DNA of 64,000 nt, taken from the NCBI GenBank assembly GCA_963668025.2, contig CAXXTH010000010.1, positions 608,001-672,000 on the forward strand, in the 5' to 3' direction. The position numbers and the translations under genes were made by a program. Source of the DNA: Candidatus Hydrogenedentota bacterium (GTDB taxonomy: Bacteria > Hydrogenedentota > Hydrogenedentia > Hydrogenedentales > SLHB01). Under the pieces are notes generated by a model that saw only the letters and a program-made list of their open reading frames with translations, did not search any database and was not told the origin of the DNA. Positions 20,376 to 35,430 of this stretch are shown here, in pieces (the first letter of the stretch is position 1; every line of letters starts with the position of its first letter).

Positions 20376-21539
20376 ATGCAAAACAAGATGAGAAATAGGA
20401 AGAGTGGATTCACGCTCATTGAATTGCTGGTGGTTATCGCAATCATTGCCATTTTGGCAGCCATATTGCTTCCAGCGCTTGCCAGGGCTCGGGAAGCTGC
20501 AAGGCGGGCGTCTTGCGCCAGCAACCTCAAACAGTGGGGCGTCATTTTTAAAATGTATGCGGGGGAATCTAAAGATGGAAGGTTTCCTGGCGGCTCTCAA
20601 TATACCTATGTATCCAGCAAGATCGCGGAGGCGGGATTAGGCTCGCAGAACTGGCTGGCCATGGGGATCAACAGCTCCCAAGTGTATCCAGAATATTGGA
20701 ATGATCCGTCTCTCATGTCTTGCCCCTCGGATCCCCATACGGATGAGTTGGGCCTAGCGCTCTCGGATGAAGCGCCGGAATTGGCGCGCCATGCGGCGGC
20801 TTCGTTAAGTGGGCTTTCCGGAAGCGCCGACACCGCCAATACGGCGGCGTGGGGTGGAAAGCATTGTCTTCATTCACTGCTTTCCATGCCATGTTCATAC
20901 CTTTACATTCCCGTCGCCACGTATACGGCTTGCCAGTTATGCGCCGTGGTTTCCAGTTCATGGGATGAAGACACTGCCGCACAGGCGGGCGTGGGCGGCG
21001 TTTGGGGATGGCAAGGATGGGATAAGAGCGCTTGCGGAGTGGACGCGAAAAGCATGGAAGCGGCGGGATGCGGCTTTGGCGTGAATTATTGGTCTGGCCG
21101 TTTTCAATATGACCTGCCAAATCCACTGGACACCGGCAAAGCCTACGCAAAGGGCGTGCGTGGCTCTTATGTGATGTACAGCAGCAATGAACTCTACGAC
21201 GACGATGGAGCCACCCGCATGCCTTCCCGTTATTACCATCTCAAAGAAGGCGTCGAACGTTTTTTTATCACGGACATTAATAACCCCGCCGGTGGCGCCC
21301 GCGCCCAGAGCAGTATTTTCATCATGTTTGATGCGTGGGGAAAATCACAAACCGTACTCGAGATCAGCGCCATCAGCGCATTCAACCATGTGCCGGGCGG
21401 CTCGAATGTGCTCTACATGGACGGGCATGTGGAATTCAAAAAATATGGAAGCATGGCTCCTGTGGCGCAATTAGGCCTGGATGGTTCGTATGGAAGCACT
21501 GCGGGCTGGTTGTTGGGCATGGCGGGGGGCTTCGGCTGA
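20376..21539 (+). CDS. DUF1559 prepilin-type protein with H-X9-DG C-terminal motif
   Basis: [43 protein letters not shown]; [19 protein letters not shown]. Confidence 0.92.
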   Translation: MQNKMRNRKSGFTLIELLVVIAIIAILAAILLPALARAREAARRASCASNLKQWGVIFKMYAGESKDGRFPGGSQYTYVSSKIAEAGLGSQNWLAMGINSSQVYPEYWNDPSLMSCPSDPHTDELGLALSDEAPELARHAAASLSGLSGSADTANTAAWGGKHCLHSLLSMPCSYLYIPVATYTACQLCAVVSSSWDEDTAAQAGVGGVWGWQGWDKSACGVDAKSMEAAGCGFGVNYWSGRFQYDLPNPLDTGKAYAKGVRGSYVMYSSNELYDDDGATRMPSRYYHLKEGVERFFITDINNPAGGARAQSSIFIMFDAWGKSQTVLEISAISAFNHVPGGSNVLYMDGHVEFKKYGSMAPVAQLGLDGSYGSTAGWLLGMAGGFG

Positions 21540-21645
21540 TACCCGGCAAGCTTTTAAAAAACATTAATAGTGAATTGCATACTTGTAAAGAGGTTGATGA
21601 AAGAAAAGTCGTGTTTGGGTGGGGTATCTGTAAAGGAGGCATAAA

Positions 21646-23292
21646 ATGATTCGTAGAATCTCAACAAGTCTAGTGATCTTTTGCCTGGCCTGCGTGGGAG
21701 CGCATGCAGGGACGGCGGTGTTCTCGGGTGATGATACGGTGAAAATGACTACCGGGGAAGGCGAGATCACATACAATGCCGATTCATTTGTATTCAAGAA
21801 TACGGATAATGGAACGTGGGGCAGTTGCATTGCAGCTACGGGCGACGCCCTCGGCCTGCAAGTCCTCAAAGATATGGGCCGTATAGAGTTTACTCTGCTT
21901 GATCGAAGCCAATTGACGGAATGGTGGCATTGGGTGGGACTTCGCTTGGTGGTTTGCGATCATGAGGGCGCAACAGTGTTGGGATACATCGAATGGCAAG
22001 TCCGGCAAAATGCCATGGTGCTCCAAGTGTATGATGCGGAATGGAATAATCTGTCGAATGACGAGATTCATGAATGGTCCATCGATCCTTCCTACCTCAA
22101 TCATTTCATGATCGATTTTTCGAGCACGCAAATCAAGACGTTTTACGATAAAGGCGATGGAGCCTTTACACAATCCGCCGCTATTGCGGATTTGACGAAT
22201 TTATATGCGCTCGGCGACGCCACGGCATCGGGGCAGGAGTATAAGGCATGGCTCTCGATCCGAACCGCTGGCGCAGCCAACGCACAAGTGACGTTTGATG
22301 AAATCGCTTTTACGGGTTCGGGATTTCCAGACGTGAATGCCAGCGGCGGCGGCGGCGGAGAATGCACGGGCGATCCGGGAACCGCCATCTTCACCAGCCA
22401 ATCGGATGCGGAGTTGTTAAGCGCCGTGTCCGGCGCGCTTACATATACCAACGACACATTCACGCTCACAACGTCAGACAACGGCGGCTGGGGCGAAGGC
22501 ATTGCGGAGATATCGAATCTCACCGGCGAACCGCAGTTTCAATGCTTGGGCGACATTCAACTGGAACTAGCGGATGTTAGCGCCGCCAATGAATGGTGGC
22601 AAGGTTTTGGAGTCCGCATCTATGCAAATTCGCATCCTATTGATTGCGTGTTTGTTCCGAATAATAATGGCGTATCTGGTGCGTTTATACGGATTGACGA
22701 TACCGAAGTGGCGAGTGAATGGAATCTGGCGTTCCCATTAACGCGCGGAATGGTGCGCGTGAGCGATTCAACGCTTACGCTCTACTATGATGCTGGAGAT
22801 GGGAATTGGGAATCCACCGTAGCCCAGATTGATCTTACCGCCGCCCCGCAAGGCTTAGGCGACATCTCCACATCCACAATATGGCTGCAACTCCGGACGG
22901 TGGGTTCCGCAAACATGGCGATGGGTTTCAACGAGGTGCGCGTTGAAGGCCCTGGCGTTCCGAATGTGAATAATACTGGGGATGCCGATGATGATAGCGA
23001 TGGGCTGGGCAACGCAGAAGAAGACGTACTCGGAACCGATCCGAATGATCCCGATACGGACGACGATGGCCTTAATGACGGCGATGAAGTGGCGCGGGGA
23101 ACAAACCCCCTTGTTGCCGACACGGACGGCGATGGCGTTAGTGATGGGGATGAAGTCGAGCAAGGGACGGACCCACTCGTGAATGAAGGCATGCAATTGC
23201 CAGTGCTTCACGTGCTAGGCCTTGGCTTTCTGGCGGCAGTCATCCTGCTAAAAGGCATTCGCGCTCACCAGCCTGCGGGCCGTTGTCGGTAG
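21646..23292 (+). CDS. Secreted surface protein with duplicated N-terminal domain, TSP3-like repeats and C-terminal anchor
   Basis: Signal peptide; two related ~200-aa units (TAVFS..DNGTWG / TAIFT..DNGGWG); DTDGDG repeats; LPV+TM+basic tail. Confidence 0.7.
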   Translation: MIRRISTSLVIFCLACVGAHAGTAVFSGDDTVKMTTGEGEITYNADSFVFKNTDNGTWGSCIAATGDALGLQVLKDMGRIEFTLLDRSQLTEWWHWVGLRLVVCDHEGATVLGYIEWQVRQNAMVLQVYDAEWNNLSNDEIHEWSIDPSYLNHFMIDFSSTQIKTFYDKGDGAFTQSAAIADLTNLYALGDATASGQEYKAWLSIRTAGAANAQVTFDEIAFTGSGFPDVNASGGGGGECTGDPGTAIFTSQSDAELLSAVSGALTYTNDTFTLTTSDNGGWGEGIAEISNLTGEPQFQCLGDIQLELADVSAANEWWQGFGVRIYANSHPIDCVFVPNNNGVSGAFIRIDDTEVASEWNLAFPLTRGMVRVSDSTLTLYYDAGDGNWESTVAQIDLTAAPQGLGDISTSTIWLQLRTVGSANMAMGFNEVRVEGPGVPNVNNTGDADDDSDGLGNAEEDVLGTDPNDPDTDDDGLNDGDEVARGTNPLVADTDGDGVSDGDEVEQGTDPLVNEGMQLPVLHVLGLGFLAAVILLKGIRAHQPAGRCR

Positions 23293-23313
23293 CCTTGCAT
23301 GCGTTCGTGCTAA

Positions 23314-23343
23314 CAAGCGGGCGGCCATCTTGCCGCCCGCTTG
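23314..23343. terminator. Intergenic stem-loop (terminator or mRNA stabiliser)
   Basis: CAAGCGGGCGGC-CATCTT-GCCGCCCGCTTG, 12-bp stem, weak U-tract. Confidence 0.5.
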
Positions 23344-23412
23344 GGTAAAAATCTCGTTATACAGATAATCCAACGTACTCGACAGTTATACTTCACTTGA
23401 AAAGGATAGCGT

Positions 23413-25752
23413 GTGGCGAAATTCTTGCGAATCAGTTTGGCTGTTCTTGCGGGCTTTATTATCATTTGGTCTTTTTACTGGTTTTGCACCCGCCCCTTGC
23501 GTAAAGCCCAGGAAGTGGGCGGGCGTACGGAAATATCCATTATTGTTTGGGCGAACCGCGACGAGGAACAGATCAACCAGACCATGTTCGCCACCGTGGA
23601 GCGGGAATATCCTGGAATAAAGATCCTGCCCATCAATGCAACAGCGGATTACTGGACGACCGTTCAGACAATGGTAGCCGGTGGCGATCCGCCGGATATC
23701 CTTTGCACCAACTCAAAGCAAATACCGCTATATGCCGGAAAAGGCGTCCTGCTCGATATTGAGCCGTACATTGAAGAAGACTTAAAGAATGGCACGATGC
23801 CCTTCGATTTCAATGATTATTACCCAAAAACCATCAACAGTTTCCGATTTGATGGCAAGACCTCTGGGCATGGTGCTTTATATGGGCTTCCCGTCAACTT
23901 CACACCGATGGGCTTCTATTATAACAAGGATTTATTCCGCCGGGCGGGCGTCGAATATCCCACCGATGACTGGACCTGGGAGGAGTTTGAGCAGAAAGCG
24001 CAAGCGATTGGCCGGTTGAATGGCTGTTATGGCGCCGATCTCTGGCTGAATGCCGACACCTTCCGTGCATTTCTAGGAACCTATGGCCTCGATATCTTCA
24101 CTCCCGGATTCACGGGCCTGCGGACATCGGAGCCGGAGGTCATCGCCGTATTGGAACGGCTTCGGAGCTGGCGCTTCGACCACGTGCGCATGGTGACGGA
24201 CTCCACGAGCCAGCTCCAGTCCGGCTCGGGGCTGTTCATGACTGGCAGGCTCGGGATGCTTGGGCCTATTGGCCGCTGGGCCGTGCCAAACTTGCGGAAG
24301 ATCGAGGCCTTTGATTGGGATTTCGCCCAGCTTCCCCGTGGCTCGGAACGTTCCAATATCCTGCATGTCGCAGGCTGGTGTATTACCAAATCGACCAAAC
24401 ACCCGAGGGAAGCCTATCTGGTGCTTCGCAGTTTGGCTTCGCCGGAGAACCAGCGGATTCTGTCCGGGCTGGGCCTGGCGTTGCCCGCGATGCAATCCGT
24501 CGCACGCAGTGATGTGTTTCAAGATCCCTGCGTGAAGCCGGAACGCGACGATCTTTACTTGGAGGCCGTCGAACGAGCAACGGCAATCGAGGAACCGGCG
24601 GACTCCAAGTTCTCCTCATACATGAACCGTGCATTGGATGACGCATACCGCATAGGCACCGTTGCCCCTAAAGACGCCCTGGCGTATGTCAAACAAGAAT
24701 GGGAGAAGGAGCAATATTCCCCCCTGAGCAGCAGCCGTTTTCCTCTCATGCCCTGGAAACGGCTGGCCGTGGCAACACTCTCGATATGCGGTGCCATCTT
24801 CCTAGCATTAGGCCTGCTCTGGTGGCGGTACCGGCCCGGCAAGGCGGCGCTGCTGGAAGAACTCACGGGATATGGGATGGTCGCTCCATGGGTCATTGGT
24901 TTTGTGGTGTTTACGGCGGGGCCAATGCTGGCGTCACTGTTCCTGGCGTTCAGCAAGTGGAGCGGCATCACGCCCATCGAAACCGCCCAATGGGTGGGAT
25001 GGGGCAATTTTAAGTTCATGTTCCAACAGGATGAGCGATTGTGGAAATCCCTGTGGGTGACGGCCCAATATGCCTTGCTGGCCGTGCCGGTGGGACAAGC
25101 CTCGGCGCTCGCCGTGGCGATGCTGATGAATTCCGAAGTGAAGGGGATTGGACTCTTCCGCAGCATTTGGTATTTACCGAGCGTGCTGGCGGGCGTGGGC
25201 ATGGCCGTAATGTGGCGCTGGGTGTTTGACACGCAAAACGGCTTGCTCAACGCCGTATTGCGGCCTCTGCTGTCATTCTTGGGTTTGACGCCGCCCGACT
25301 GGTTCGGCCTGCACGCCGGCATGGCCGCCATACCCGCTTTCGTGCTCATGAGTTTGTGGGGCGTTGGAGGCGGAATGCTGATCTACCTGGCAGGGCTGAA
25401 CGCGATTCCTCAAAGCTTGTATGAAGCCTCGCGAATCGATGGCGCTGGATGGTGGAGCCGGTTTTGGAATGTGACTATCCCCATGCTGAGCCCCGTCATC
25501 TTGTTCAATGTAGTGATGGCCGTCATCGGTTCTTTCCAGGTGTTCACGCAGGCGTATATCATGACGGGAGGAGGCCCCGGCGACGCTACGCTCTTCTATG
25601 TCTTATACCTGTTCCGCAGGGCTTTTGAATTCTACGATATGGGCTACGCATCGGCGATGGCGTGGCTCCTTTTCCTGATCACCTTGTTGCTCACCATGCT
25701 GGTGATACGGTTTAGCCGCCGAAGGATACATTATGAAGGACTACGGGGTTAA
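23413..25752 (+). CDS. Carbohydrate ABC transporter: solute-binding domain fused to permease
   Basis: SBP motifs (AGGDPPDI, YYNKDLF..AG) followed by a MalF-type permease with LYEASRIDGAG EAA loop. Confidence 0.9.
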   Translation: MAKFLRISLAVLAGFIIIWSFYWFCTRPLRKAQEVGGRTEISIIVWANRDEEQINQTMFATVEREYPGIKILPINATADYWTTVQTMVAGGDPPDILCTNSKQIPLYAGKGVLLDIEPYIEEDLKNGTMPFDFNDYYPKTINSFRFDGKTSGHGALYGLPVNFTPMGFYYNKDLFRRAGVEYPTDDWTWEEFEQKAQAIGRLNGCYGADLWLNADTFRAFLGTYGLDIFTPGFTGLRTSEPEVIAVLERLRSWRFDHVRMVTDSTSQLQSGSGLFMTGRLGMLGPIGRWAVPNLRKIEAFDWDFAQLPRGSERSNILHVAGWCITKSTKHPREAYLVLRSLASPENQRILSGLGLALPAMQSVARSDVFQDPCVKPERDDLYLEAVERATAIEEPADSKFSSYMNRALDDAYRIGTVAPKDALAYVKQEWEKEQYSPLSSSRFPLMPWKRLAVATLSICGAIFLALGLLWWRYRPGKAALLEELTGYGMVAPWVIGFVVFTAGPMLASLFLAFSKWSGITPIETAQWVGWGNFKFMFQQDERLWKSLWVTAQYALLAVPVGQASALAVAMLMNSEVKGIGLFRSIWYLPSVLAGVGMAVMWRWVFDTQNGLLNAVLRPLLSFLGLTPPDWFGLHAGMAAIPAFVLMSLWGVGGGMLIYLAGLNAIPQSLYEASRIDGAGWWSRFWNVTIPMLSPVILFNVVMAVIGSFQVFTQAYIMTGGGPGDATLFYVLYLFRRAFEFYDMGYASAMAWLLFLITLLLTMLVIRFSRRRIHYEGLRG

Positions 25753-25871
25753 AAACAGGCAATTGGGTAAAAGATAACAGCAACCATAAATACGCCACGG
25801 AAGGCGCAAGAAACGCAACACTTAAGGCGGTTCAAAATTGGATGTAAAAAAAGCAGATAGATTCTATTCTC

Positions 25872-25902
25872 CCGTGGCATGGACGGGACGCCCATGCCAC
25901 GG
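25872..25902. repeat. REP-like palindrome
   Basis: CCGTGGCATGG-ACGGGACGC-CCATGCCACGG; related to 55211-55234. Confidence 0.55.
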
Positions 25903-25995
25903 TGTTCAACACTGGTTTGAAACTATATGGCATGATAGGCGCTGCCGTACTACATGCTTGATCCATTCTATTGGCGTCTCTCGTGGCCAAAGGGG

Positions 25996-26901
25996 ATGAA
26001 AACCGTGCGGAAAACAGTTATCTACATACTCTTGTGCGCAGGCTCCGTGATCTTGTTATTCCCTTTGTGGTGGATGATAACGATCAGCCTGTCTTCCCAG
26101 GCGGACGCCATGGCCAGCGTGGCCGATATTTCCTCATTCCAATTCATGCCGCGTCATCCGCAATGGCGCAACTACGTCGACGCGTTTCGAGGGATGGGGA
26201 CCATTAAGGAAGTGGCCAGTAGCAAGGCGTATGTCGAGAAATCAGTGATTGGCGATTGGACGGGCTTCCTTGACGCGCTCAGCAACACCGTCGTGATCAC
26301 CGCGTTATGTGTGCTTGGGCAGATCCTCTCGTGCAGCCTGGTGGGATATGCGTTCGCCCGCCTCCGGTTTCGCGGTAATTCCACGTTGTTCGCGATTATG
26401 CTGTCCACGATGATGCTCCCGGGGCAGGTCACCATGATCCCGGTATTCGTTCTCTTTCGGTATCTGGGGTGGATCAACACCATCTTACCATTGGTGGTTC
26501 CTTCCTTTTTCGGGTCCGCGTTTTTCATTTTCATGTTCCGCCAGTTTTTCGCCCAGATCCCCCATGATTTGCTCGAGGCCGCGCGGATCGATGGCGCAAA
26601 CAATGTGGGTATTTGGTGGCGCATCATGCTGCCCATGTCACGGCCAGTCGTGGCCATCACCGCTGTATTCACCTTTATCGGACAATGGAACGATTTCATG
26701 GGGCCCCTGATTTACCTGCACACCAAAGATCAAGCGACGCTTGCCCTTGCGTTGAATTCGTTTCGCTCCCAATTTGGCATCGAGAAGCTCCACCTCCTCA
26801 TGGCAGCGAGCGTCACCACTATGCTCCCATGTGTATTACTGTTTTTTGTGGCGCAACGCCAATTCATCAAGGGATTGAATTTAGGGGCTGTAAAAGGTTG
26901 A
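25996..26901 (+). CDS. Carbohydrate ABC transporter permease (MalG-type)
   Basis: GYAFARL, LLEAARIDGA, WNDF, ends GAVKG; ORF open from 25954. Confidence 0.92.
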   Translation: MKTVRKTVIYILLCAGSVILLFPLWWMITISLSSQADAMASVADISSFQFMPRHPQWRNYVDAFRGMGTIKEVASSKAYVEKSVIGDWTGFLDALSNTVVITALCVLGQILSCSLVGYAFARLRFRGNSTLFAIMLSTMMLPGQVTMIPVFVLFRYLGWINTILPLVVPSFFGSAFFIFMFRQFFAQIPHDLLEAARIDGANNVGIWWRIMLPMSRPVVAITAVFTFIGQWNDFMGPLIYLHTKDQATLALALNSFRSQFGIEKLHLLMAASVTTMLPCVLLFFVAQRQFIKGLNLGAVKG

Positions 26902-26949
26902 AATAACGGGAATACCGAAGAAATTTCGTTCCATATCCCAACAAATGTA

Positions 26950-26978
26950 TTGACACAATTGGTATTTTATGTTACTCT
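26950..26978 (+). promoter_or_regulatory. sigma70 promoter of the LacI gene
   Basis: TTGACA-N17-TACTCT with TGn extended -10. Confidence 0.65.
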
Positions 26979-26984
26979 GTAAAC

Positions 26985-28099
26985 ATGGAAACTTTACACA
27001 TGTCAAATAAAGATGAGGCAAACAAGAAAAAAGGTATAACGACCGCGGATATCGCCCGTATGACGGGTCTTTCCCGGGCGACGGTCTCAGCGGTATTAAA
27101 CCGAAAGCCGGGAGTGAATCCAGAGACCCGGGAAAAAGTGTTTGATGTCATTCGTGCGACAGGTTACGAAACGGGCATGTTTTCGCGTTCGCTGCTGAGC
27201 CAGCTCTCACGCATGGTGATCGTGCTTTCCCCTGGCATATCGAATCCCTTTTATCACCAGTTTTTTGAGGGCATCGCCCGCACGCTGGAACCGGAAGGAT
27301 ACCATGTGCTGTTCCAGCATACCTGGTGGGGCGAAGAAGGCACGATGCCCGTATTGGAACGTATTCAATCGTATGGGCCAGCGGGAATCATCGTGCATGG
27401 CTCCTTGGAAGGCGCGCCTGCTGTGCTCGATTTTGGCGTGCCTTGCGTGGGGATAGAGGCTGATGCAGGGCTGCGTGCGCACCGGGTCTCTTTTGATGTG
27501 CCGAAAGCGGCGAAACTCATCACGGATTATGTAATTCAATGCGGGCATCGCCGGATCGCTTTTTTGGCGGGGCCGGAATGCGAGGCCACTCGCCAGCGCA
27601 AGGTGGGGATTATTGAAGCATTTGTTGACCGGGGAATCGAGTTAGTTAATCTAGTGGTAAGGTACAACTGCGACGATCCCGCTCATGGCTACCAGGAAGC
27701 GCTCCACTTGCTTCAAACACCGGAAACGCGCCCGACCGCCATCTTCTGCTACAACGACTATTGCGCCTTCGGCGTGTACCGGGCGGCGCACGATCTGGGA
27801 TTGCATATTCCGAATGATTTGAGCGTAACGGGATTCGACGGCATCGAGGTGGGTGAACTGCTCGGGCCGCCATTGACGACCGTCTCGATTTTTCCTCAGC
27901 GGCAAGGCGAAGAAGCGGCGCGCCTGCTGATACGGGCCATTCGGGGTGAAATCGGCCCCGAGCCCGTTGGCGTCATTATCGAACCCAAAGTGATCATACG
28001 GGAATCAGTCCGGGATTTAGCGGATGTGCCCTCGGGAAACGGACATGATCATGCATGTCATACAGACCTGGCGATACCTCTGGACGGAGCGGCATCCTA

Positions 28100-28100
<1 letters not shown>
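26985..28100 (+). CDS. LacI family transcriptional regulator
   Basis: TTADIARMTGLSRATVSAVLN HTH; IPNDLSVTGFDG, PPLTTV. Confidence 0.95.
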
Positions 28101-32988
<4,888 letters not shown>

Positions 32989-33063
32989 GCTTTTCGACTC
33001 GCTTCTTTGAGCCAAACCAGCAGCGTCATTAAGCGATATGCGCAATGCAAGGGAGGGGTATTT

Positions 33064-34392
33064 ATGTTCGCCGCAGTCTCAATGGCCATTCTGGCGGTGT
33101 TGCCGCTATCTCTAGCTGCCGATGATTCTCCGCCTTCGCCGCCGGTGTTGAAAGCCGTCGGAAAGCCATTCGTGCTACCGGTGAAAATGCCGCCATCGGA
33201 GCCTAATGGCGCATACACGGAAGTGCCCGCATGGGTAGCAACCGATGAATCAGGGCCGCGTTATTTCCTGCCGACCGGTTTCACCTATGTCGCGAAGCCG
33301 AAGCCAGGAAAATCCATACTCACCGACGCGGATGCGTTTGGCGATACGCCGGCCATATTAGCATCGCAAGAGGACACCCGCGCATCCGGGTATGCCGATC
33401 CGTCTAGGCTCAATCCAAATCTTGTGTGGCGGCGCAATTATTATGGCATCTATAGCGCCCATCTGCTGGAGCCAGGCCTTGACGGCAAGAGAGGTTATCT
33501 AGCGATCCTGCATGGTGAAAACAAGAACGAGGCCTTCCCAGATAAAAATCGGTATTATGACAATACCGTGCTTCCTTCCCGTTCCTACAAAATTCCCGAT
33601 GAGTACTCGGGATGGTTTGACGGCTCATACCGCGATTACTGGCCTGCATACTTTGCTTTTGTCTCGGCGGCTTGGAGCCCAGCAGATGAAAACGATGGAT
33701 GCAATTTCGACGCCCATGATCTTGGCCCCATCGTATGGCCTTCTGCAGGTTATGTCACCGCGAATGGCGGGAAGGCCGGCAATGGCCTGCGTGCGCCCAG
33801 CTCCATCATTGAAGGTGGATATATCTACGTCTACTATTTAGATGGATGCTCCACGGAGGTTGAAGGCCGTGAATCAGGTATTAAGGTCTCCCGTGCGCCA
33901 ATTTCCAATGATGGAATGCCTGGCCCGTTCATGAATTACTACAACGGTTCTTTCTCAGAGCCTTCGCTGCCCGCGGGATTCACGAAAGACAACGCGCGTG
34001 CGTTTCTCAGTTCATGTGGCGGGAAAAGCTCGAAGGTGCATCCCGATCTCGGCTGGAATACCAACCGCTTCAGTGTGGCGAAGCTAGAAGGAACAGACTG
34101 TTTTATCAGCGTCGAGGAGCGTTTTCAAAACCAGGACGGGTCAATGGTTTTCCTGGATTATTTAAGGCTCTCGAAGGATCTCGTGCATTGGAGTGAAGCC
34201 GCGGCGTTGCCAGGCACGGAATCACGGAATGGAACTGGTTTTGACAATCCTGTGCTGGCCAATGAAGATTTCACCTCGAACACCTTGGTTTCACCGAAAG
34301 CATTCTATGCCATCGGAAGCGGTTGGGTGGATGCCAAAATGAAAGCTATCAAGGTTTGTCTTGATATGGAAAAACAAGCCAAAGATAGTTGA
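33064..34392 (+). CDS. Secreted hypothetical protein, possible beta-propeller glycosidase-like
   Basis: GGAGG RBS, signal peptide, DLGPIV / PSSII..YIYVYY / SKDLVHW motifs. Confidence 0.55.
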   Translation: MFAAVSMAILAVLPLSLAADDSPPSPPVLKAVGKPFVLPVKMPPSEPNGAYTEVPAWVATDESGPRYFLPTGFTYVAKPKPGKSILTDADAFGDTPAILASQEDTRASGYADPSRLNPNLVWRRNYYGIYSAHLLEPGLDGKRGYLAILHGENKNEAFPDKNRYYDNTVLPSRSYKIPDEYSGWFDGSYRDYWPAYFAFVSAAWSPADENDGCNFDAHDLGPIVWPSAGYVTANGGKAGNGLRAPSSIIEGGYIYVYYLDGCSTEVEGRESGIKVSRAPISNDGMPGPFMNYYNGSFSEPSLPAGFTKDNARAFLSSCGGKSSKVHPDLGWNTNRFSVAKLEGTDCFISVEERFQNQDGSMVFLDYLRLSKDLVHWSEAAALPGTESRNGTGFDNPVLANEDFTSNTLVSPKAFYAIGSGWVDAKMKAIKVCLDMEKQAKDS

Positions 34393-35182
34393 AATCTTGA
34401 TTCTGTTTTTTACTCCATAGGCCGCTTATCCGATTATCTTGGTGTTGAAACCAAGAAAGGATGGCGGCCGTGGCACTCTACTTGCAGCCACTGGCCGATT
34501 TGCCCATCTTCAGGCGGCGGCCTTCAATGTCCATGTAGACTTCGCCTTCTTTCAACGTCTGGCGCTGCCGGTGGTTGTCGGCTCCATAAAGATTCTCGGC
34601 ATCAAGATCCACGACACTCTGATGATTCGCATGATGGATGTCCTACTCCACGCCGGTTCCCAACTTTCCGGCTGGCCCAAGGAATCAACGCCGCACTCCT
34701 ATTTGTATTATTTCACAAAAGGATTTATGGCTCTCTCGCAAACAGCCTGTTCCATCATCGCCTCGATTCCCTTATGCAAACCAACTCAAAACTGCAACGC
34801 GCTCATACCAATGCCGACATCCAAATACAGAAAATCATCCATTTACTTGAGGCCGCGTAAAATCGTGAGTAGAAAATTCTCAGATCCTTACGGGTAGAAT
34901 CTAACGATTGTTAATCCTTGTTAATCCTAAAGAGTTTCACGATTGTGGGATTGCACTCTAGCTGAAGCAACAATCCGGGAATCCAGGACAGTTCGAACAT
35001 GCCCGAAAAGCCCGCCGCGCCAATACCGGCCATCACCAAGCAGGCAGCCATCACTGCCCAGCCATGCCACATCGAAATGATTTGAAATTAAGCTTGCCGG
35101 GATACAAGCAGAATACAAAAGCAGTTCTAAAGAAAAAATCCCCAAGGACCCGTTTTTACAAGTCATTGAGGCTGAATACTTT

Positions 35183-35230
35183 AGGTGGTGGGCGGTACAG
35201 GACTCGAACCTGTGACCCCCTGCGTGTAAG
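35183..35230 (-). repeat. att site: 48-bp duplicate of tRNA-Val 3' half
   Basis: AGGTGGTGGGCGGTACAGGACTCGAACCTGTGACCCCCTGCGTGTAAG identical to 50173-50220. Confidence 0.97.
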
Positions 35231-35330
35231 TGAGTTATTGTTTGTATATTCGGTGTAACAACATGTTAGGGCAATATGCACAAAAAGCCTTGAGTTCCCT
35301 AGAGTTAAAGCCTGTTTTGTATTTTACCTC

Positions 35331-35359
35331 TTGACACATATCGTTACATGGTGTATGCT
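35331..35359 (+). promoter_or_regulatory. Integrase promoter
   Basis: TTGACA-N17-TATGCT. Confidence 0.7.
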
Positions 35360-35361
35360 TG

Positions 35362-35390
35362 AAAATGATCCATGAGTGATCCATGGATCA
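35362..35390. repeat. Putative integrase arm-type sites (TGATCCAT repeats), left
   Basis: AAAATGATCCATgagTGATCCATGGA matches 50082-50107. Confidence 0.7.
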
Positions 35391-35430
35391 GAATGCGGTT
35401 GATCACCGCGAGGCGAGAAAGGAAACAACC

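Noticed and set aside
22981-23180. Periodic GAC/GAT-rich sequence (also 6830-7150)
   Set aside because: Encodes TSP3-like Asp-rich protein repeats; not a CRISPR array or DNA repeat
34439-34897. 152-aa plus-strand ORF and a broken minus-strand reading beside the att
   Set aside because: No RBS or recognisable motif; the minus frame has several stops; possibly a gene remnant but not assignable
35183-35230. Second tRNA-Val gene
   Set aside because: Only the 3' half is present (to the anticodon loop); it is the att duplication
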